IMG/VR virus record: IMGVR_UViG_3300033571_024432
Coordinates: 1 to 64,000 of that record
DNA from: a virus
Length of the DNA stretch: 64,000 nucleotides
Reading direction: 5' to 3' (one strand)
The notes beneath the pieces were generated by a model, which worked only from the letters and a program-made list of their open reading frames with translations, did no database searches and had not been told where the DNA came from. The position numbers and the translations under genes are program-made. Of this stretch, positions 19,010-29,977 are shown piece after piece (positions within the stretch are counted from its first letter, which is position 1; each line of letters begins with the position of its first letter).

Positions 19010-22000
19010 ATGGCATATTCAATTAACTCTCAACAAGTATCTATAAAAATATCAGATTCGTCAAGAGATTTTTATATTAAATCAAACCCAAATATAAATA
19101 AACAAACAGTATCAATTATTGGTAATTCATTATTAGGGTTGCCTTTTGTACCTTCTTTTTCAAATGAATTTTTATTTACTGAAAATGGTATAAATGATTT
19201 TAATAATTTTTCAACAAAAAATGGTACATTTATTGAAAATTTAAAAGAATATGATCAAAATATATTACCATATATCTCAGCATATTCAGTATTAGAGAAT
19301 CAAGGACAACTAAACTTTACAAAAATTTTAGGTTTAGATTTATCAAAAGACAAAAATCAAACAAAATATAATGGTTTAAAACCTGGATTTCAAATAAAAA
19401 ATACTCAAAAAATATATTGTTTATATTTAAATGTATCTAAAAAAGATTTAACTTTATTGAATAATATAAATTTTAATATATTAAATGATCAAGAAAATCA
19501 AAATATATTTATAGGATATATTATAACAGATGAAAACGTTTCTTTAAATATTTCAAGTTTAAATGATGATGAATTTTTATTACAAATAACTGGCTCTAAT
19601 TATTTAATAAATAATAACAGCTCAAAATCACAAAAATTTTTGCAAGATTATGTTTTTAAAAATGTTTCAAATGATAAACCATTTAATGAAGTATCTTTTT
19701 CATTCAATAAAACAGATCAAGATGATATTTTTTGGAAAAATGTTTTAAATTTAAATTATAAAAGATTAAAAGATTTTGGATATTGTTTCATTAATTATGC
19801 TGACGGTTTAAATAATTTATTTGATTCATTTAAAATTAATTCATGTAATTTATTAAATTTAACAAATGTTCAATTAAAGGATTTTCAAGAAGAATATACA
19901 TATGCAGAGACTCCATGGGTAGTAAGTCAAGGGTTTTATGGAAATTCAGAATATAATGATCGTACAGATTTATCTTTGCGTGTTAAAAAATTATTTAAAA
20001 TACATGCAATAAACCCTGGAAAATTTTCAAATAATTTAGGTATAAAAATTATTCCTAGATCATTAGGTGATGAAGAAAATTTTGCATCATTTGATTTGTT
20101 TTTAATAAATAAAAAAAATGAAGAAACAATTTGGGGTATTACAAATTTAAATTTAGATAAAGAAAGCGAAAATTATATTTGTCGTGTAATTGGCTCTCAA
20201 AAAATATTTTTTGATTTAAATACAAAAAATATATGTGTAGAAGGTGAATATGTCAATCAAAATCCGTGGATAAGAATTGAGATATCAGATTATATTGAAT
20301 CAAATAACTTTAAAAAATATTCAGTACCTACAGGTTTTTTAGGATATAAAAGAAAAATTGAACATAATAGTAATGGTATTATTCATAATTTACTTAATTA
20401 CTCAAAAATAATTCAAACAGATGTAAATAATCCAAAAAAATTATCAAAAAAACATGCTTGGGGAAAAAATTTTAAAAATATAAAATTTATAAATAATAAT
20501 GATAATTTATTTGAATCATTTCAAGCTGTAATTGATCCATATATTGATCAGGTTAATTATACTTTTAAAAATACAATCAAATATAACAAACCACAATTAA
20601 ATTATATTTGTTATAATTATGAAGATTTGATACAAGAAAGAAGTATAGAATTAGACGAATATTTAAACAAAAATTTTTATCAAAATGATATTGATGATGC
20701 TTTTAAAAACGAAGATATGTTTCATTTAGAAAAAATAGTATTATTAAATGAAAAAGTCAAAAATATAAACAACTATATTCAAAGATGGGACTTATCAAAA
20801 TATATACATACTGGCGAAAATATAAATACTTTATTAAATTCTAATTTTGAATGGAATCACTTATTTGAAAATAAAACAGATGTAGAAAAAATATTATATT
20901 ATTTTACAATTAGTAATAAAAATACTGTTTATAAAAGTACTAAATCAATTGATTCAATTGAAGAAACACAAAAATTTGATGATGAAACATCTGTTTTAAG
21001 CTTTGTATTAGATTTGAATGGCGGATTTGATGGTTTAAATATATTTGACATAGATGAATATTCTATTAATAATAAAGGTTTAGAAAAAAGTCAATATTTA
21101 CGAGAATTATATAAAATAGCAATTGATTGTATCATGAATCAATCTAATGGACAAAATGAAATAATATATTTACCTGAAATTTATAATAATGACGTTATAG
21201 AATATCTAATCAGTCAAAATGAAACTCGTGATTCTTTATTAATACTTGATAAACCTTTATATAACGTGAATAATTCAATTATTTATTGCAATCAATTGGT
21301 AGATTTAGACAAATCAATTGAACCTAGATTTAATTGGTCTTTTAAAAAATATAAATATAAATACATTGGTGATGTAGATATTATTTCTAATGATGAAATT
21401 GATATAAATAAAACAATATTAAATTTAACATATGATTATAACTTATCAAATATTTCAACTTTTTTTAATTATTCATTAATTGAAATATTAGGTTCTTCAA
21501 GACTTACAAATGATAATATAACAAGACAATTTATGGTGCCAACTGGATTAATAGCAACTTATGTTTTAATGAATTATGATAATATATCAAATAATAAAAT
21601 GAATCCAATATCAAACATATTATTAAATAATATTGGCGATTTCCAAATTAAATTAAATTATTGTAATATATTAAATCATGATCATCCAAGATTATTAGAA
21701 AATCAAAAGTTATTTAACAACTTAAAAGTTAATATGTTTTATCTAGATATAATAAACGGAATAAATACTTTCACGTTTTTTTCAAACAAAACAAACGGAT
21801 TTGAAAAAAATTCAAATGTTTTATCAAGATTAAATATTTCTAATGTATTATTGGATATTAAAAAGAAAATAAAATTTGTAAGCTTAAATTTTATTTTTGA
21901 ACAAATAAAATCTCAAGATGATGTACTGAGAAAATTAAATTCATTATATACATTATTATTAACACAATATAAAACTAATGGCGAAATATTAGACTTTAAA

Positions 22001-22120
22001 ATAAAATTAGATGCAGAATCAACATCATTAGAAGATTTGATTAATAATCTTATAAGAGGCGCAATTTATATTAAATTCCCAGGTCAAAGTAATATTGAAA
22101 TAGTAAAAATAGATATTTAA
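19010..22120 (+). CDS. Third, degenerate tail-sheath paralog
   Basis: GLPFVP, ETPWVVSQ, LFKIHA, NYICRVIG, FHLEKI and GGFDGLNIFDID are shared with sheath 2; WxAPAG is absent; very Asn/Ile-rich. Confidence 0.75.
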   Translation: MAYSINSQQVSIKISDSSRDFYIKSNPNINKQTVSIIGNSLLGLPFVPSFSNEFLFTENGINDFNNFSTKNGTFIENLKEYDQNILPYISAYSVLENQGQLNFTKILGLDLSKDKNQTKYNGLKPGFQIKNTQKIYCLYLNVSKKDLTLLNNINFNILNDQENQNIFIGYIITDENVSLNISSLNDDEFLLQITGSNYLINNNSSKSQKFLQDYVFKNVSNDKPFNEVSFSFNKTDQDDIFWKNVLNLNYKRLKDFGYCFINYADGLNNLFDSFKINSCNLLNLTNVQLKDFQEEYTYAETPWVVSQGFYGNSEYNDRTDLSLRVKKLFKIHAINPGKFSNNLGIKIIPRSLGDEENFASFDLFLINKKNEETIWGITNLNLDKESENYICRVIGSQKIFFDLNTKNICVEGEYVNQNPWIRIEISDYIESNNFKKYSVPTGFLGYKRKIEHNSNGIIHNLLNYSKIIQTDVNNPKKLSKKHAWGKNFKNIKFINNNDNLFESFQAVIDPYIDQVNYTFKNTIKYNKPQLNYICYNYEDLIQERSIELDEYLNKNFYQNDIDDAFKNEDMFHLEKIVLLNEKVKNINNYIQRWDLSKYIHTGENINTLLNSNFEWNHLFENKTDVEKILYYFTISNKNTVYKSTKSIDSIEETQKFDDETSVLSFVLDLNGGFDGLNIFDIDEYSINNKGLEKSQYLRELYKIAIDCIMNQSNGQNEIIYLPEIYNNDVIEYLISQNETRDSLLILDKPLYNVNNSIIYCNQLVDLDKSIEPRFNWSFKKYKYKYIGDVDIISNDEIDINKTILNLTYDYNLSNISTFFNYSLIEILGSSRLTNDNITRQFMVPTGLIATYVLMNYDNISNNKMNPISNILLNNIGDFQIKLNYCNILNHDHPRLLENQKLFNNLKVNMFYLDIINGINTFTFFSNKTNGFEKNSNVLSRLNISNVLLDIKKKIKFVSLNFIFEQIKSQDDVLRKLNSLYTLLLTQYKTNGEILDFKIKLDAESTSLEDLINNLIRGAIYIKFPGQSNIEIVKIDI

Positions 22121-22183
22121 ATTTTATAAAATACATATTTTAATTAAAATAATAAAAAAATAAAATAAATAGGAAAAAATTAT

Positions 22184-23065
22184 ATGGCAAAAAACCCTTT
22201 AAATTCTGAATTATCAGGTGAAGAAAGTCCAGATATTAGTCAAATGAAACATACAGCACAATTATCTCAAGGTAAATTTGTTGTTCAAAATGTTGTAAAA
22301 GATATTTTCGGTTTAGAAGTACCTACTGAATCTGTTCCTCTACCTTCTAGAGGTGTTATATATTCTCCTGACTCACCTTTATACGGTCAAGAAACATTAG
22401 ATATTAAAGCAATGACTGCACGTGAAGAAGATATTTTAATGTCTAGGGCTTATATTAAAAACGGTACTGTTATTACAGAACTAATTAAATCATGTTTAAT
22501 AAATAAAAACATAGATCCTGACGAAATGATTGCAGGTGATAGAAATGCAATCATGATTGCTTTACGTATTACAGGATATGGTTCAGACTATAATGTTGAA
22601 TGTGAATGTCCAAAATGCGCAAAAACATCAGAACAAACATTCTTTTTAAATGAATTAGGTATTAAACGTCTACAAATTGATCCAATCTCTGAAGGTTCAA
22701 ATTTATTTGAAATTCAATTACCCATCTCTAAAAAAGTAGTTAAGGTAAAATTTTCAAATGGATATGATGAAAAAGATCTAGTCGCTTTACAGGAAAAAAA
22801 GAAAAAGATGGGTATTCAACAAGATACAATCGTAACTGATAAACTAACAAACTCAATAGTCTCAGTACAAGGTATTACAGATCGTACAAAAATTGGAATG
22901 TTTATTAAAGATATGCCAGCTAGAGACAGTTTAGCTTTAAGAAAGTTCTTAGAGGAACATGAACCAGGTATGGATATGGATGTTACTATGAAATGTAAAC
23001 ACTGCTTTGAAGAAAGCGAGGTAAAGCTACCTATTGGGGCTTCATTTTTTTGGCCTGACAAATGA
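22184..23065 (+). CDS. Tail/baseplate assembly chaperone (T4 gp26-like)
   Basis: VPLPSRG..Y...MTAREEDIL...GDRNAIMIALRITGYG; two CxxC pairs; ends FFWP. Confidence 0.75.
   Translation: MAKNPLNSELSGEESPDISQMKHTAQLSQGKFVVQNVVKDIFGLEVPTESVPLPSRGVIYSPDSPLYGQETLDIKAMTAREEDILMSRAYIKNGTVITELIKSCLINKNIDPDEMIAGDRNAIMIALRITGYGSDYNVECECPKCAKTSEQTFFLNELGIKRLQIDPISEGSNLFEIQLPISKKVVKVKFSNGYDEKDLVALQEKKKKMGIQQDTIVTDKLTNSIVSVQGITDRTKIGMFIKDMPARDSLALRKFLEEHEPGMDMDVTMKCKHCFEESEVKLPIGASFFWPDK
23045..23051 (+). other. Candidate programmed frameshift site (TTT TTT T)
   Basis: A 7-T run reads F-F in both the upstream frame (FFWP) and the +1 frame (FFGL). Confidence 0.5.
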
Positions 23066-23324
23066 TTATAGACCTTTGCTTTGGGATGAAATATTTTATC
23101 TGATATATTATATGGGATTTTCATTCCAAGACGCAAACTCATTACCAATCAGACAAAGAAAATGGTTTATAGAAAGATTTATAAAAGAAATCAAACAAAG
23201 TCAAGAAAATAATTCACCTCCACCCACTAAGGCAATGCATACACAAACGCCTGAAACACGCATGTTTTCAAATAACTCAACTCATAGAAATATTTCCCCA
23301 AATAGACTAAATAGACCTGTATAA
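23046..23324 (+). CDS. Second tail-assembly-chaperone segment, probably made as a frameshift extension
   Basis: FFGLTNDYR...EIFYLIYYMGFSFQDANSLPIRQRKWFIERF; only a TTG start with no evident RBS; lies upstream of the tape measure gene. Confidence 0.65.
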   Translation, partial: FFGLTNDYRPLLWDEIFYLIYYMGFSFQDANSLPIRQRKWFIERFIKEIKQSQENNSPPPTKAMHTQTPETRMFSNNSTHRNISPNRLNRPV

Positions 23325-23365
23325 TTTATAAAATCAGACTATATATTAATATACAAAGGATTTTT

Positions 23366-23617
23366 ATGAAAAAACAAGATAATTTAATACATAATGCAGC
23401 CTCAAAATATATTTTAGGCGAAAATATAAATATAGAAATAAACGGTAAAAAAGAACAATTATCATGTTTAAATAATTTAATAGATGTATCAAAAAAATTA
23501 TATGAATCTTTAAATGATAAATCTACTTCATTAAATGAAATAATGCAAATAATTGAACAAAAAAATAAACTAGCTGACACTTTTTATAATATATCTGGGA
23601 TTAAATGGAAGTTATAA
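23366..23617 (+). CDS. Hypothetical protein
   Basis: AAGGA RBS; co-oriented with neighbours. Confidence 0.65.
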   Translation: MKKQDNLIHNAASKYILGENINIEINGKKEQLSCLNNLIDVSKKLYESLNDKSTSLNEIMQIIEQKNKLADTFYNISGIKWKL

Positions 23618-23629
23618 AAGGTATTTAAA

Positions 23630-26600
23630 ATGGATTTTGAAAATAAATTAAAAGCATTATTTGATGATATGTTTGGTGGACCAAATAATCCTATTGCAGA
23701 TGCATATATTACACAAGCAAAAAAATTAAAAGACAGTCTTGAAAAAAGTGTTGAGAAATATGCTAAAGATAACAGCTTATTTGATCTAAACGAATTTCAA
23801 ACTGAATTAAATGGTATACAAAATGACGTTTTTAAAAATTCTTTTGATAGTGCTTTACAACAATTAAAAACAAAAACTGATGAATTTACTCACGTGCAAG
23901 ACACAACGCAAGGTAAACAATTTTTAAAGCAAGCTGAAAATTTTAGAGACAATATTATTGAAAAATATAAAGATAATATGAGTAAAATACAAGAGCAATT
24001 GCAACAAAATATTGATAACCCTACACAAAAAAGTCAATTATTAAATAAAGCTAAAGAATTAACAGTACAATTTAATAAAGATAGAGTACAATTTGGAGAA
24101 AACGCCTTATTGAATTTATCAACAATGACAAAAAATGCTGGAGATATTTTAAATGCGCAAATTGATCAAACTGATATGAATCGAGAAAGATATAGAAATT
24201 TATTAGAGAGTTCTGCACCTCTTGCTAAATTTAGAAAAGGTTTAGCGTTGATGAATAGGAATTTTGCTGAAACTGTTATACAATCTCCTATTTTAGCAGC
24301 GACACAAATGTTAATACCTTTGATGTTGAATTCAGGTGCTATGATGAATTATGATCCAAATTCAGGGTTAATTAGTAATTTATTAACTGGCTTTTTAACA
24401 GGACCGATTGGTTTAGCTATGAGTACAATTAAAAATATACCTAATGTTGTAGCATCACTAATTCCTGCATTAAATGGTATTATTACTAGTTTGAATGGTT
24501 TAATGAAAGGGTTTTTAGCTATACCATTGAGTATTATTAGTAATGCAAATAAATTAGGTGAAGAAATAAGGAAAGAAAATAATAAAATATTTAATTATTT
24601 GGAGAAAATGGAGGAATCATATCAAAAATCTTCAAGAATAGGTAAAACTTTTGTGCAAATGCATGAAAGATTATCTTCAATGCGTTTAAGTTTTGATGTT
24701 GATAGAGATAGTCCTTTAAATAGATTATATGATGCTGGTGGTGATGAATTAATAAATAGAATTATGACTGAAAATGATGCTATTTTAAAGGCTATGGGCA
24801 CTCGTGGTGCAATAATGGCAGAAGCAGTGCAAAAGAATGCAACTTATTATTATAGCGCTAAAAAATTGATGAATTTGGCAGATGATGATATTAAATATTT
24901 AACAAATACAGCTATTGCATTAGGTAAGTCATTCCCAACTGTATTTGAAGAATTGAGAAAGGCAACAAAAGATGCTGCTGATCATTTTAATTTAGATTTT
25001 AAAGTTATGTCAAAAGATGTTTTAACATTAAGAAAAGATATTACAAATTTTGCTCATAAAACATCTGCAGAATTGGCAACAGTTGTAGGTAAAATATCGC
25101 AAATGGGTGTCGAGTTGCAAGATGCAATGACAATATTTAATAAATTTCAGACATTTGAAGATGCAGCTACAGCTACATCACAATTAAGTCAATCATTTGG
25201 TATGATGATTGATTCAATGCAACTTTTAAAAGCAGAATCACCTGATCAGATGTTAGAAATGTATCGTGATGCATTTTTAGCAACAGGAAAATCATTTCAA
25301 GATATGGATCGTTTTAATAGATCATTATTGATTCAACAAACAGGTTTAACAGAACAGGCAGCACAAGCATTATTTAGTGCAGAAAACGCTGGTAAAACAT
25401 ATGAAGAATTAATGGCTGAGGCTGATGCTAATGACCCTACAAAAAAACAGCTAAAAGCTATTGAACAAATGAGAGATGCTATTGTTGAATTGAAACAAGA
25501 TTTGACAAAAACATTTACAAGTTTATTTGGAGAAGATGGACCTATTCAACAAGGTTTAAAAAATGCTTTTGTAATGAATCCAAGATTAAGAAGTTCTTTT
25601 GAAAGTATAACAAACGCATTAAATGAAGTATATAAATCATTTTCATTTACTTCTCAAAAAGCAATTTCAGAAATGATTGGTCCTGCTGTTAAATTAATTA
25701 ATAAATTAGCAAAATATCTAAAAGGTGATTTTCTAATACAAGCAAAAGAAGGCGTTGCTGGTGTATTTCAAACAATATCAGGTTATGTTAATAATCAACA
25801 AAAAGATATACAAAAAGGTTTTGATAAAATAATGAATGCTTTTAGACCAATTACTAAATTCTTTTTAGGTATTGGTACACAAGTATTTAAATCTATTTTA
25901 ACTAGTATTATAGATGGTTTACCGTCTTTATTACAAGTTATAAGCAATACATTAGATGAAATAATAGCATGGACAGAAAGATCAACAGGTCCTGGTATAT
26001 TTTCTAAATTTTTGGATTGGTTAGGTATTGCACCTAATTCAAAAGAATACTCTAATTTAAAATTAAAATTAACCCAAATTGCAGATTCTATTTTCGGAAC
26101 AGATGCAACTGAAGGTATTTTTAGTAAAATGATTAAAGTTTTAAAAAATCTTTTTATAAATGTAAAAAGTGAAATATCAGGATTATTTACTTCTATTTTA
26201 TCAGGTCCTGATTTTATTAATGCTATTACAAGATTAACATATGGTATTGGACAAACATTACGATCAGGATTTTTTGATTTTGGAGAAACGAATCAAGATA
26301 ATATTGCTGCACTTATTAACGCATTTACAGTTGAAAGAAATATAACACCTATAAATCAAGCTGTTGAAGATGGTGTAATTAATCAAAATGGATCAATTGT
26401 AAAAATAGATAATCAGGATCAGGTATTAGCTATGAAAGAAAATGGTCCTATTTACAAGTTAATTAATTCTTCATTGAAAAATCAGTTATCATATGATGAT
26501 ATGTATAGAGCATCACGTGATGGAATGATAGAAGCATTAAATAGTATGAAAGATGAGAAACCGATTATTATTAAGTTGAATGGTGAAGCTGTAGGTGAAG

Positions 26601-26731
26601 GATTATTAGCAAGTGGATTTACTGCTATGTTAGGAAATCCAAATAAAACAAGGCAATATCCAACATTATCATCTGATGCATTACAATATCCTGATTCACA
26701 AATACCATCAAATAGATTTAGAAATACTTAG
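23630..26731 (+). CDS. Tape measure protein
   Basis: 1033 aa, helical, Ala/Leu/Gln-rich, with FQTFEDAA..TSQLS and a hydrophobic central stretch; canonical position after the chaperones. Confidence 0.75.
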   Translation: MDFENKLKALFDDMFGGPNNPIADAYITQAKKLKDSLEKSVEKYAKDNSLFDLNEFQTELNGIQNDVFKNSFDSALQQLKTKTDEFTHVQDTTQGKQFLKQAENFRDNIIEKYKDNMSKIQEQLQQNIDNPTQKSQLLNKAKELTVQFNKDRVQFGENALLNLSTMTKNAGDILNAQIDQTDMNRERYRNLLESSAPLAKFRKGLALMNRNFAETVIQSPILAATQMLIPLMLNSGAMMNYDPNSGLISNLLTGFLTGPIGLAMSTIKNIPNVVASLIPALNGIITSLNGLMKGFLAIPLSIISNANKLGEEIRKENNKIFNYLEKMEESYQKSSRIGKTFVQMHERLSSMRLSFDVDRDSPLNRLYDAGGDELINRIMTENDAILKAMGTRGAIMAEAVQKNATYYYSAKKLMNLADDDIKYLTNTAIALGKSFPTVFEELRKATKDAADHFNLDFKVMSKDVLTLRKDITNFAHKTSAELATVVGKISQMGVELQDAMTIFNKFQTFEDAATATSQLSQSFGMMIDSMQLLKAESPDQMLEMYRDAFLATGKSFQDMDRFNRSLLIQQTGLTEQAAQALFSAENAGKTYEELMAEADANDPTKKQLKAIEQMRDAIVELKQDLTKTFTSLFGEDGPIQQGLKNAFVMNPRLRSSFESITNALNEVYKSFSFTSQKAISEMIGPAVKLINKLAKYLKGDFLIQAKEGVAGVFQTISGYVNNQQKDIQKGFDKIMNAFRPITKFFLGIGTQVFKSILTSIIDGLPSLLQVISNTLDEIIAWTERSTGPGIFSKFLDWLGIAPNSKEYSNLKLKLTQIADSIFGTDATEGIFSKMIKVLKNLFINVKSEISGLFTSILSGPDFINAITRLTYGIGQTLRSGFFDFGETNQDNIAALINAFTVERNITPINQAVEDGVINQNGSIVKIDNQDQVLAMKENGPIYKLINSSLKNQLSYDDMYRASRDGMIEALNSMKDEKPIIIKLNGEAVGEGLLASGFTAMLGNPNKTRQYPTLSSDALQYPDSQIPSNRFRNT

Positions 26732-26781
26732 AGATATTTATTATAATTAATACTTAATAATATACTAAGGATTAATTATAC

Positions 26782-27066
26782 ATGTTTGAAATAGATTATT
26801 TAAAATTATTAACAGAGCAAAAAATATATAATGCTTTTTTTGAACTTATAAAAAAAAATACAACAATGTCAGATATTGATATTAATAATTATTTAGAAAA
26901 TAGAATAAATCATCATGGTAAAAAAATGAATAATATCATGTCAGAACATATTGATTTTTATCAAAAGGCCAAAGATAAAGGTTCTACAAATAAAGAAATT
27001 GATAGAAAATTAGACGAAATGGTAAATAATATAAAGACACAGTCTAAAAATTTTAATAAGGAATAA
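26782..27066 (+). CDS. Hypothetical protein with a short LLTE leader
   Basis: AAGGA RBS; MFEIDYLKLLTEQ. Confidence 0.6.
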   Translation: MFEIDYLKLLTEQKIYNAFFELIKKNTTMSDIDINNYLENRINHHGKKMNNIMSEHIDFYQKAKDKGSTNKEIDRKLDEMVNNIKTQSKNFNKE

Positions 27067-27068
27067 TT

Positions 27069-29975
27069 ATGGCACCTTATATTCTATCTACTAATGGTTC
27101 AATTCTTAAAGTTGAAAAAACGCAAAATAATGAATCTAGTTTAACAGAAACAGATTTAAATAAAAAATCAGGTGTTATACATGATTATTTAAGAGATGTG
27201 AGATTGAATGATAAAATTTTAGATGCGAATCAAAATAATCAATTTCAAAATGATAAATTTTCAGAATTAAATACGCAGAATTTATTTAATGTAACAGGAT
27301 CTATAGATTCTAAATATAACAATTACGTAATTGGCAAAACAGATAATCTGATTAATAAATCGTTTGGAAATTCTGTTATTGGAGAAGATGTTGATCCTGT
27401 TAACTATTATAAACCATATAATTCAGTTTTTGATTTAAATCTAGAAGAATTAATAAATATTGATGGAAGCGAAGCAAAAGGATTACAAATATTTGCTGAT
27501 GAATTACAACTTAATTTTTTTGGAGTAAATGGTTTATATATAGATTCATCTTCTCATATTGATGATGTAACTGCAGCATTATTATCTTTTGTTGATATAT
27601 CAATAGGATCAATTATTCCTATTACAGCTGTTACATTAGCACAATCTTTATTACAAGCTGCTCAAGCAGGACCAAATGATCCTTTTGGAATATTACCAAA
27701 AATAGATTCATCTGATGTTATTTCAAATAGAATGGGAAGATTTATATCTTATATTAAGATTAATGAAAATACAAATACAACATTGGCTATTTTTCTAAAT
27801 CCTATAATAGAAGGTTTAGTTTCATTTCTGAATATAATCGAAAAATTAATGAATTTTCCAAAAATACCTATTGGTAATGGCGTAGGAGGTATTGCAAAAT
27901 TATTATATACAAATATAGTCGGTTTCATTATTGGTTATATTTCATATTTATTACCAGGCTTTAAAATAGGAAAAAATTTAGCGTCAACTAATAATCCAGC
28001 ATTGGTAATTGCTTCAATATTGGTTGATATAGGCGTTTCTTTATTAACCGTAGATTCTTCAAGACATAATTTAAACATGTTAATTAGAAAAATAATCACA
28101 AACAGATATTTTAACGAAGTAATTATTCCTAAGGCTAAAACAACAACAAAAAACGGTGAAAAATATGAATACGCAGGTCAATCATTAATCACATTATCTC
28201 AATTTTTCTATAGATTCATCGGACAAAGAATTTCAGCGGGTGAAAAGCAACTTAAAATATTAGAAAATGAAAATAAATCAAAAATAAATAGACCATTTTC
28301 TATACAAAAAATAAAAGAACTCCCATTAGAAAAAGAAAGTGCAGAAAATTCAATTGGACCAATACCTATTGGACCAAATATTTTATCAAATACAAATAAC
28401 TCAGACGATACAACCAAACAAACTCAGAATTCATTAAACAAATCAATATATTCTTTTGGCACAGTAATTCAAAATGGCGCAAAAAATTCAAACTCTTTCT
28501 TTAAATATTATAATAAATTAATTGAACAAAATATGAAAATGTCAGGAGAACTTACAGGTAAATATATAAAAAGATTGGATCAAGAACATGTAAAAGAAAT
28601 AGAAAAAATAATAGATTCAGATTATATGCCTCTATCAATTCAAGATTTAAGAACTAACGAAGTTTTTAAATTTCATGCTTTCGTTGAAGGATTTCAAGAT
28701 CAATTTACTGTAAATTGGGAAGATGCAGGCGCAGGATTTGGAAGAATGGATCCTATTAAAATATATAAAAGCACAACCAGAAGTGTAACTGTTGATTTCT
28801 GGTTAATAGCAATGGGTAAAGATGATTTCGATACAATGTGGTGGATGATAAATAGATTACTAAATTTAATCTATCCTCAATGGACTAAGGCTACACCTGC
28901 TTTTATAGAAAATCAAAAAGAAGCAGGCGTTAATTTTGGACAAGCTTTTACACAACTACCTGCAACTTCACCGTTAGTTAGACTTAGATTAGGTGATTTA
29001 TTCACTTCAAATTATTCTAAAAAAAGTATGGCCAAAATATTTGGGTTTGATGAATCATTAAATTTAAAATCTGAAGGAAATATAATAAATATTTCTTTTT
29101 CTAGATTACAATCTTTATTTAATGATTTTAAACAAACAAAACCTAATTTTTATGAATTAATAGGATGGACAATAGCAGATTCTAAAGAAATCAGAAGTAA
29201 CAAATTGGATATATCTGAATATGAATACTCAACTGGAAATAAAAAATTTAATATTTTAAAGAAATCATTCATAGAACAAAATCCTTTATATTTTAATACA
29301 GCAGAATATTATCCTTCTGTTGCGATTGCTGATTCTGCGTCAATTTTAAAAGATTTTTTACAAACAAAAGATTATGATAATCTTTTAAATCAACCTCCTA
29401 AAAATAAAGAATATTATATTTTAAATTATGCAACAATTGGTATAGAGAAGCAAGACGACGGGAATGTTTTAATATTGGCTTATTTAACTAAACAACAAGC
29501 CAAGTCTGGAAAAACACGTGACTACGATAATTTTTCTATTTCTGCTCTTCGTAATTTTTTTATATCTTATATTTTTGATGAAGGTATTAAAAGTCAAAAG
29601 AATCAAGAAAATTATGATGCATTAAATAAATTTATGTCATCTACACTTGATGGTAAAGTGAATAATCCTATAATAAAAGCATTTGAGAGTACTATGGGTG
29701 AAGGGTTAGCTGGAACAATAAATAGTTTATCAGTAAATTTTGATCAAAATATACCGTGGGAGATAGATAATGGTAGTCGTGCGCCAATGGGTGTTAAAAT
29801 AAATATAGCGTTGAATGTTATACATGATATATTACCAGGTTTGGATCATAATGGACTGATGCGTGCACCAATATATCGTGTTGGAAATATTAATAGACAA
29901 TTATTTGGTGGTAGTGTATATGATGAATTATCATTTAATGCAGATTCAAATACTAAATTTAAGGATGGAAATTAA
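27069..29975 (+). CDS. Baseplate or tail-tube initiator-like protein (gp48/gp54-like domain)
   Basis: FHAFVEGFQDQFTVNWE...GRMDPIKIYKSTTRSVTVDFWLIA and PLVRLRLGDL...SLSVNFDQNIPWEID...P. Confidence 0.6.
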   Translation: MAPYILSTNGSILKVEKTQNNESSLTETDLNKKSGVIHDYLRDVRLNDKILDANQNNQFQNDKFSELNTQNLFNVTGSIDSKYNNYVIGKTDNLINKSFGNSVIGEDVDPVNYYKPYNSVFDLNLEELINIDGSEAKGLQIFADELQLNFFGVNGLYIDSSSHIDDVTAALLSFVDISIGSIIPITAVTLAQSLLQAAQAGPNDPFGILPKIDSSDVISNRMGRFISYIKINENTNTTLAIFLNPIIEGLVSFLNIIEKLMNFPKIPIGNGVGGIAKLLYTNIVGFIIGYISYLLPGFKIGKNLASTNNPALVIASILVDIGVSLLTVDSSRHNLNMLIRKIITNRYFNEVIIPKAKTTTKNGEKYEYAGQSLITLSQFFYRFIGQRISAGEKQLKILENENKSKINRPFSIQKIKELPLEKESAENSIGPIPIGPNILSNTNNSDDTTKQTQNSLNKSIYSFGTVIQNGAKNSNSFFKYYNKLIEQNMKMSGELTGKYIKRLDQEHVKEIEKIIDSDYMPLSIQDLRTNEVFKFHAFVEGFQDQFTVNWEDAGAGFGRMDPIKIYKSTTRSVTVDFWLIAMGKDDFDTMWWMINRLLNLIYPQWTKATPAFIENQKEAGVNFGQAFTQLPATSPLVRLRLGDLFTSNYSKKSMAKIFGFDESLNLKSEGNIINISFSRLQSLFNDFKQTKPNFYELIGWTIADSKEIRSNKLDISEYEYSTGNKKFNILKKSFIEQNPLYFNTAEYYPSVAIADSASILKDFLQTKDYDNLLNQPPKNKEYYILNYATIGIEKQDDGNVLILAYLTKQQAKSGKTRDYDNFSISALRNFFISYIFDEGIKSQKNQENYDALNKFMSSTLDGKVNNPIIKAFESTMGEGLAGTINSLSVNFDQNIPWEIDNGSRAPMGVKINIALNVIHDILPGLDHNGLMRAPIYRVGNINRQLFGGSVYDELSFNADSNTKFKDGN

Positions 29976-29977
29976 AA

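Noticed and set aside
8973-26750. ATAATTA as a late promoter before structural genes
   Set aside because: It is present in several spacers, but an all-A/T 7-mer is expected often in DNA this AT-rich. It cannot be supported without TSS data.
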